NCBI GenBank assembly: GCA_027483705.1
Contig: JAIXTY010000045.1
Span: 43,503 to 107,502 of the forward strand
Length of the DNA stretch: 64,000 nucleotides
Source: Rubrivivax sp.
Lineage (GTDB): Bacteria > Pseudomonadota > Gammaproteobacteria > Burkholderiales > Burkholderiaceae_C
Direction: 5' to 3'
Each line of letters starts with the position of its first letter. Within the stretch, counting starts at the first letter, position 1. Of the stretch, positions 42,501 through 51,500 are shown piece by piece. The translations under genes were made by a program, and so were the position numbers. The notes below the pieces were generated by a model. That model ran no database searches. It had not been told where the DNA came from and worked only from the letters and a program-made list of their open reading frames with translations.

Positions 42501-45500
42501 TGAAGCTCTCGCCGATGGTCAGCCGGAAGTCGCCGTTGAGGTAGACGAAGTCGCCCAGGTTGATCGTCAGGTCCGGGATCTCGATCGAGCCCAGGATGAC
42601 CGGCCGGCCCAGCGAGGGGTCGAAGCCGATCGACAGATCGAAGTTGCGGAAGAAGCCGGCGAAGTCTTCGAGCCAGCTGAATTCGGGGCTCAGGTCGGGC
42701 ACGAAGTCCAGCAGGCGCGACAGGCTGATGGTCGGGATCAGGCTGCCGGTGTCGGGCAGCTCGAACTCGAAGTCGATGTCGGCCGAGACCTCGAAAAGGT
42801 CGAACACGCCCAGCGTGGCATCGAGCGCGATGCGCAGGCGGTTGGCGTCGAAGTCCAGGCGCAGCGCGTCGGCGTCGCTGCCGATCGGGATGCTGAGCGC
42901 GCCGCCGGGCAGCGCCGAGAAGTCGACGTAGGCCCCCGGCACCGGCACCTTGCCGGCGAAGGCGCCGTTGAACTCCAGCGCCACGTCGCGGGCCTCGAGC
43001 GTGATGTAGGGGTCGGTGCCCACCAGCCCGGCGAAGGCGGCGCTGGCCGACAGGCCCAGGAAGCGCCCGGGCAGCGTCACGCCGCTGGTGGCCGTGGGCG
43101 TGAGCAGCGCGAGCGCGAAGTCGAGGTCGTCGATGGCAAAGCCGATGGCGTCGTCGCTGGGCGGGTCGTCGTCGTCGATGTCGCCGTCGCCGTCGACGTC
43201 CGTCCGGTAGGGGCCGTTGATGCCGGCGAAGGCGCGCACGTCCAGGCCGGCCACCACCAGCGCCTCGGCGTCGGCCTGCAGCGTGACACCCGGCAGCACG
43301 AAGCTGACGTCCTCGACGACGCGCTTCTCGAAGGTGAAGCCGCCCTGCAGCGACAGGATGCCGGCCACGCGCGCCGTGGCCTGGCCCACGGTGGCCGAGA
43401 TGCTGCGGTTGGCAAAGTCCAGCAGCACCGGCTCGCCGCCGGTGGCGATCTCGTAGCCGGGCAGCGTGCCGCCCTGCGTGAAGTCGGCCACGAAGGCCGG
43501 GTTCGACGAGGTGTTCACCGCGACGGCCAGGTCGTTCAGCGAGAACTCGACGATGTCGCTGAAGCCGACGAAGCCGATGCCCGCGGCGCTGGCCTTCAGC
43601 GCCGTGAAGCGCGCACCCACCGGCACGGCGGCGTTTTCGGGGTTGAGCGGGTCGGCCAGCACCTTGAAGAGGCCGAGGCCGAAGTCGAGGTCGTCGATCA
43701 CCAGGCCCACGGCCTGGTCGTTGACGAGGCGGTCGTCGGCGTCGACATCGTCGTCGCCGTCGACGTCGGTGCTGGCCGGGCGCGAATACGGGCCGCCGGC
43801 CCCGACGAAGGCGTTGACGTTGGCCGCGCCGATCTCGATGCTCTGCGTCTTGACGTTGCTGAACTCGGTGCCCAGCGGGCCCTTGACGCCGATGCCCTCG
43901 GACTCGCCCTTGGCGAACGAGAAGCTGCCCTCGATGTGCACGAACTCCGAGATCGACAGCACCGCGCCCGACATCGAGGCACCCACCACCGGGCCGGTGA
44001 AGTCGATGAGCACCGGCTCGGCGCCGGTGGGCACCTCGTAGCCGCCGGTGCTGCGGAAGCTGGCCACCCAGTCGATGGGGCGGTTGGTGCCGCTGGCGGT
44101 GTTGAGCGTGACCGTCAGGCCCTGCACCGAGAGCTGGAAGTCGGCCGGGTCGACGCCGAGCACGCTCACCTCGTCGGCACTGGCCTTGACGGCGGTGTAG
44201 TTCACGCCGCCGGCCTTGACGATGACCAGGCCCAGGTCGACGCCGTCCACCCCCAGGCCGAAGAGGCCGGGCTGCGCGGACAGCGGCACCTCGGGGTCGA
44301 CCGGGTTCTCGGCATAGCCGACGAAGACGTCCAGGTCGCTGGCACCGACGCTGAAGGCGCGTGCGTTCAGGATGGGCAGGCCCAGCGTGTTGCGCAGCCC
44401 GGTGAGCGTGTTCTTCTGGAAGCCGAGTGCGCCCTGCACGTGCACGAAGCTGCTCACCGACAGCGTGGCCAGGCCGGTGAACAGGCCCAGGCGCTCGCCC
44501 TTGAAGTCGAGCAGCACGTCCTCGCCGCCGGTGCGCACGGCCAGCGGGCCGCCGCCGGTCGCGTCGGTGAAGTCCAGCGGCCGCACGATGCCGCCCGGGC
44601 CGGGCGTGGTGCTGTTGAACTGGATGCGCAGGTCTTCGGCGCGCAGCTGGAAGTCGGCCGGGTCGATGCCGTACAGCGCCACCGTGTCGGCCTGGCTGGT
44701 GAGCGCGCGGTAGGTCTTGCCGCCGGCGTCGCGCAGGTTCACGAAGCCGAAGTCCAAGCCCTCGACGCCGAAGCCGTAGAGCCGGCTGGACTGGGCGCTG
44801 AAGCTGCGCGAGGTGTCGAGCTCGCCGTCGACGTAGCCCACGAAGGCGTCGATGTTGCTGCCGCCGATGGCGAAGCCGCGCGCACCGGTGACGATGCCCG
44901 CCAGCCCCGGGCCGGTTCGCAGCGTGTTGCCGTAGTCGGCCTTCTCGAAGCCGATGCCGCCGCGGAAGTACAGGAAGTCGGAGATCTTCAGCACCGCCTC
45001 TTCGGCGAACACGCCGATGCGGTCGCCGGCGCCGAAATCGATGACCACCGCGCCGCCGATGCCCAGCGCGAGGCCACCCTCGCCGAAGCTGGCGCCGAAG
45101 TCGATGGTGCGGCCCAGCGCGTCGGCGCGGTTGACCTCGATGCTGAGGTTGGTCACCGAGAGCTGGAAGTCCTCACCCGAGAACCCGTACAGCTCGAAGC
45201 GGCCGATGTTGGCCTTGGCGGTGGTGAAGCTCTGGCCGCCGGCCTTGGTGAGCAGCAGCGCAAACGACGCGTCCTCGGCGCCGAAGCCGTAGAGGCGGTC
45301 GCGCTGCTCGGTGAAGGGCACGTCGAGGTCGAGGCCGCCGTCGGCAAAGCCCACGAACAGGTCGATGTCGCGGCCGGTGATGGCCAGCATCGAGGTGGCC
45401 GCCACCCGGGTGGTGATGCCGCGGCTGTCGACCAGCGCGAGCGGCTGCGACGGCGTGAACTTCTCGAAACCGAGGCGCCCGCTGAAGTAGGCGAACTCCG

Positions 45501-48500
45501 AGATCGAGAAGCTCACCAGGCCTTCGGCGCGGATCACCTCGCCGGCGCCGCCGTCGAGCTCGATCGTCATCGAGCTGCCGGGCCCGGTGGGCAGCTCCAG
45601 CGGGCTGGCGGCGAAGTCGACCACGGCGTCGCGCACGCGGCCGGCCTGGTTGACCTGCACCTGCAGCTCGCGGAAGTCGGGCACGATGTCCGACACGCCC
45701 ACGAGGCCCACGCGCTCGACGTCGGCCTGCACCGCCGTCCACTTGCGGCCCGGCGTGTCCTTGGCCGTGAGCAGCGCCACGCCCAGCGTGACGCCCTCGA
45801 TCGACAGGCCGATGGCATCGGGCGTGCCGCCGTTCACGCCGGCAAAGGCCGTCAGGCCGCTGGCGCCGATGGTGAGCACGTTGACCGCCACCGTCTCGGG
45901 CTCGGCGTCGCCGACCGCGGCCAGCGTGACCTCGGTGCTCTTCTTCTCGACCGCGACGTCGCCGCTGATCTGCAGGAAGCCGAAGGCGTTGATCGTCAGC
46001 TCGCCCTCGGCACGCAGCAGCGCGCCGCTGTCGCCGTCGATGGCGATGGGCAGCGTGGTGCCGGTGCCGGTGGTGATGGCCAGCGCGGTGGCCGGGGCCG
46101 TGCTGGTGCCGACGTAGTCGATGACCGCGCCGCCCGCGGTGGCGGCGCTGTTCACCTGCACCAGCAGATCGTTGGCGCGCGCCTCGAAGCCCTCGATGCC
46201 GACCAGCTCCACGCGCGTGGCGCTGGCCTGCGCGGTGGTCCACTTGCGCGGTGTGGTCACACCGGTTTCGGTGGCCAGTGCGACGCCGAAGTTCACGCCC
46301 TCGAGCTCCAGGCCGATGCGGTCGGCCGCGGCGGCATCGGTGCCGACGAAGGCCTCGATGCCCTGGCCGCCGATGGTCAGCAGGTCGGCCGTCACCACCT
46401 CGCCACCGGCCAGCACCAGGCTCTGGCTGCGCTGCTCGAACGCGAAGTCGCCCTGCACGCGCAGGAAGCCGAACACGTCGAGCGTCAGGTTGCCGCTGGC
46501 GCGCGTCAGGGCGCCAGCGGCGCCGTCCATGTCGAAGCGGAAGTCGGTGTCGACGCCGATCGGCACCACCAGCTCGGTGGCGCCTTCGGCGAAGTCCACC
46601 ACCGCGTCGTCGGCCTGGCTGAAGCGGTTGATGGCGACATCCAGGCCCTCGCCCGAAAGCTCGAAGCCCTCGATGCCCACCAGGCGCAGCGCCTCGGCAC
46701 CGCCCTGCAGCGCCGTCCAGGTGCGCGCGGGGTCGGCGCGGCTGCTGAGCAGCGCCAGCTCGAACTGCGCCCCGGTGAGCTCGACGCCGAGGCGGCCGTC
46801 GCCCTCGCCGACGCCGACGAAGGCGTCGATGTTGCTGCCGCCCATGGCCAGCACGTCCACCAGCACGCCGTCGACGGCGTCGTCCTCGCCGGAGGAAGCG
46901 ACATCGGCCGCGAGCTTGACGGTGGCGCTGCGCGACTCGAAGGCGAACTCGCCGGTGAGCGTGACGAAGCCGAAGAGGTTGAGATCCAGCTCGCCGCGGG
47001 CGCGCAGCAGCTGGCCGAGCTGGCCGTCGAGCGCCAGCGTGCGCTCGCTGTCGGGGCCGGTGGCCACCGTCAGCGGTGCGGCAGCGTAGTCGGCCACGAG
47101 GTCGGGCGCGCCGCCGGTGCCGGCGACGCCGCGGTTGATCTGCACCTGCAGCTGCCGGGCCTCGACCTCGAGACCGTCGATGCCGGTGAAGCCCACGCGC
47201 TGGGCCCCGGCCTCCAGCGTGGTGAACTGGCGGCCCGGCGTCGTGCTGCCGGCCGCCACGGTCTCGGTGGCGAGCACCAGCGCGAAGCCGGCGTCCTCCA
47301 GCGTCAGGCCCACCGGGTTGGCGCCGCCGCCGCCGACGCCGGCGAACACGTCCACGCCGGCACCGCCGATGCTGAGCAGCCGTGCGTCGATCTCGCTGCC
47401 GTCGGACAGCGTCACCGCGCCGCTCTTCGACTCCAGCGCGAAGTCGCCGGTGATCTCGACGAAGCCGAAGGCCTTGAGCTCCAGGCTGCCGCGGGCGCGC
47501 AGCAGGTCGCCGTCGGCGCCGTCCATGGTGAGCGTCAGCGTGTCGGCCGGCCCGGTGTCCAGCGTCAGCGGCCGCGCGGCGAAGTCGATGACGGCGTCGC
47601 CGGCGCGCCCGGCGCGGTTGACCTCGACGGTGATCGCGGAGACACGCGCCGTGAAGCCGTCGATGCCCTGCAGCCCGGCCGTGCCCACCGAGGCCTGCAG
47701 CGCCGTCCAGCTGCGCGTGGGATCGGCCTTGCTGGTGGCCAGCGCGAGGCCGAACTCGATGGCGTCCAGGCCCAGGCCCACGGCCTCGGGCGTGCCGCCG
47801 CCGACACCGACGAAGGCCGAGCCGCCGGTGGCGCCCACCGTCAGCAGGCTCACCGCGGTGGGCGCGGTGTCGCCGGCCAGCTGCACCTCGCCGTCGCTGC
47901 GCACCAGCGCGAAGTCGGTGCGCAGCTGCACGAAGCCGAAGACGTCGAGCCCCAGCGTGCCGCGGGCGCGCATCAGCTCGCCGGCGCTGCCGGCCTGGTC
48001 GAAGGTGATGCGGCTGGCCGGGCCGGTGGCCACCTCGAGCGGCCGCGCGGCGTGGTCGATGACGACATCGCCGGCGCGGCCGGCCTGGTTGAGCTCGACG
48101 CGCAGGTTCTCGCCGCCGATCTCCAGGCCCTCGACACCATCGAAGCCGGCGCGCGCCACGGTGGCCTGCAGCGTCGTCCAGCTGCGCGTGGGGTCGGCCC
48201 GGCTGGTGGCCAGCGCCAGCGCGAACTCCACGCCCTCCAGGCCCAGGCCGATGGCGTCGTCGGTGCCCGCGCCGACGCCGGCGAAGGCCTCGCCCACCGT
48301 GGCGCCGATGGTCAGCAGGCCGACGTCGGTGAGCGTGCTCTCGCCGGCCAGCTGCACCTGCGCGTCGCGGCGCTCCACCGCGAAGGTGGCGTCGGCGTGG
48401 AAGAAGCCGAAGAGGCCCAGCTCCAGCCCGCCGCGCACGCGGAGCAGCTCGCCTTCGCTGCCGGCGATGTTCAGCGCCAGCGGCGTGGCCGCGCCGGTGC

Positions 48501-51500
48501 CGATGGGCAGCGGGCGCGCCGCGTGGTCGACGACGACGTCCCCGACGCGCGAGGCCTGGTTGAGCTGCAGCGACAGGTTGCTGCCGGCCAGCGTGACGCC
48601 GCTGATGCCGGTGAACGAGGCGGTGCCGACGTTGGCCTGCACGGAGGTCCAGCTGCGCGTGGGCTCGGCCTTGCTGCTGATGAGCGCCAGGCCGAACTCC
48701 ACGCCGCCGAGCGACAGGCCCAGCGGGTTGGCGCTGCCATGGCCCACGCCCACGAAGGCGCTGCCGATCGTGGCGCCCACCGTGAGCAGCCCCACCTCGG
48801 TGGGCGCGCTGTCGCCCTGCAGCACGACCTGCCCGTCCTGGCGTGCGACCTCGATCGTGGCGCTGGCGTTGAAGAAGTCGAACAGGCCGATGTCGAGCGC
48901 ACCGCGCGCCAGCAGCAGCGCCCCGCGGCTGCCGGCCAGGTTGAGCGTGAGGTCGCCGCCGGTGCCGGTGTCCAGCGTGCGCGGCGCCGCGGCCCAGTCG
49001 ACGACGGCATCGCCGGCCCGCGCCGCGCGGTTGATCTCGATGCCGAGGTTGCTGCCGTCCAGACGCACGCCGCTGATGCCGGTGAACGACACCGTGGCGG
49101 CCGTGGCCTGCAGCGTCGTCCAGCTGCGCGCCGGCTCGGCCTTGCTGCTGGCGATGGCCAGGCCCAGCTCGACGCCGGTGAGCGACAGACCCAGCGCCTC
49201 GGGCGTGCCGCCGTTCAGGCCGGCAAAGGCGCGCGTGATGGTGGCGCCCAGCGTCAGCAGCGAGACCTCGGTGTCGGCCGCCGCGCCAGCCAGGCGCACC
49301 GTGCCGTCCTCGCGCCGCAGCTCGAAACCCGCCTCGGCCTGGAAGAAGCCGAACAGGCCGATGTCGAGCACGCCGCTGGCCAGCAGCGTCTCGCCGCGGT
49401 TGCCGGCGAGGTCGATGCGCAGGCCGCTGGGCGTGCCGGTGTCCAGCACGATGGGCGCGGCGGCGTGGTCGATGACGCGGTCGCCGGCGCGCGAGGCCTG
49501 GTTCAGCTCGATGGCGATGTTGCGGCCCGCGAGCGTGAGGCCGTCGATGCCGTCGAAGGCCACGCGGTCGGCGGCGGCCTTCAGCGTCGTCCAGCTGCGC
49601 GCCGGCTCGGCGCTGCTGGTGGCCAGAACGAGGCCGAATTCCACACCGGTGAGATCCAGCCCCACTGGCGACGGGCTGTCGATGCCGGCGCCGGCGAAGG
49701 CCGTGCCGATGCGCGCGCCGATGCTCAGCAGCTCGACGTCGACGCCCTCGCCGCCGTCGAGCGTGACGCGGCCCTCGCCCTTCTCGAGCACGAAGCGGCT
49801 CTCGGCGACGAAGAAGTCGAACAGGCGCAACTCGATCGTGCCCGCCACCTGCAGCAGCGGGCCGCCGAAGTCGAGCCGGATGTCGGTGCCGCCGGTGGCC
49901 ACCGCCAGCGGCGTGCTGGCGAAGTCGAGCACCGCCGCGCCCGGCGTGGCCGCGCGGTTGAGCTGCAGCGACAGCGTGTTCGCGCTGAGTTCGACGCCGG
50001 GCAGGCCGACGAAGCCGATGCCGGCGGCGCTGGCCGCCAGCGCCGTCCAGCTGCGCGTGGCGTCGGCGCGGTCCTGCGCGAGGACGAGGCCGAAGTCGAG
50101 ATCGCGGATGCGCAGGCCCAGCTCGGCCGCGCTGCCGGCGTTCAGGCCGGCGAAGGCCGAGACGTCCTGCGCGCCCACGCGCAGCAGGTCGGCGTCGACC
50201 GTGCCGCCGCCGGCCAGGGCCAGCGTGGCGCGGTCCTTCGTGAAAGCGAAGCGGCCGTCGAGGCGGAAGAAGTCGAACAGGTCCAGCTGCAGCCGGCCGC
50301 CGGCCTGCACGAGCGCGCGGTCCATCGCAAAGCTCACCGGGGCGGCTCCGGTGGCGACCTGAAGCGCCGTGCCGCCCTCGCCGAAGCGCACCACGGCATC
50401 GCCGGCGCGGCTGGCGCTGTTGAGGTTGACGAAGAGCTCGCGGCCGCTCAGCTCCACGCCGGGCAGCCCGGCCATCGAGACGCTGGCGGCGCTGGCCTGC
50501 ACCGCCGTCCAGCTGCGTGTGGGGTCGGTGCGCGACGACAGCAGCGCCACCGCGAAGTTGGCCCCGGCAAAGGCCAGCTCGGGGCCGCCGGGGATGCCGG
50601 CGCGCGCGTTCAGGCCGCTGGCGCCGAGCGTGAGCGCGTCGACCAGCACGCCGCTCGTGGCCTCGGGCTCGGGCGCGCCGGCCGCCAGCACGGCGGTGAG
50701 CGAGCGGCGCTCGAAGGCCAGGTTGCCGTCGACGCTGAAGAAGTCGCCCACCGTGAGCCGCGCGCCGGCGAGCGACACCTGCTGCAGGCCGGGCGTGAAG
50801 TCGGCGCCGAAGGTGTAGCTCTGGCCGGCGACATCGATCGTGCGGCCGCTGGCATCGGTGGTGCCGGCGTTCCAGCGCAGTGCGGCGCGGTCGGCGCCGG
50901 CGCTGACGGCGCTGCCGAGATCGGCCTGCAGCCGGCCCGAGGCCTCCACCAGCTGCACCGCGCTGGTGGCGGGGTCGAGCAGCAGCGCCACGCGCGTGTC
51001 GGCCACGCCCAGCGTCAGGCCGCCGGCGCGCAGCTGCACGCCGGCGTCGCGCGCGAGCAGCTCGATGCCGCCGCTGGTGGCGTCGCGCTCGAAGGCGAAG
51101 TCGCCCTGCAGCTCGAAGGCCGTGCCGATGCGCGCGCGCAGGTCGTCGATGGTCACGGCCGGCGTGGCCGACACCGGCATCGCGGTGAAGGCGTAGCTCG
51201 TGTCGCCGGCGCGCAGCGTCTGGCCGGAGAGATCGGCGGCCGTGGTGTTGAGCCGCACCGACGAGGCGCCGCCGCTCTGCAGGCTGAAGCCGGCACCCGA
51301 CAGGAAGGCGGCGCCGCGGGCCTCGATCGCGGTGCCGCCAGCGGTGGGCAGGAACACGCCGAAGGCGGCGTCGGAGACGCCGGCCTCGAAGCCGCCACCG
51401 CCGCCCAGCCGCGCCTCGATGTCGCGGCCCACGAGCACGAGGCCGGCCTCGGTGCGCGAGAAGCCCATCGTGCCCGTCAGGCTGACGGCGCCGGTGCTGA

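Noticed and set aside
47700-50520. Regularly spaced DNA repeats as a CRISPR or other non-coding array
   Set aside because: The period is 456-471 bp, in frame and with synonymous variation, so these are protein-coding repeats.
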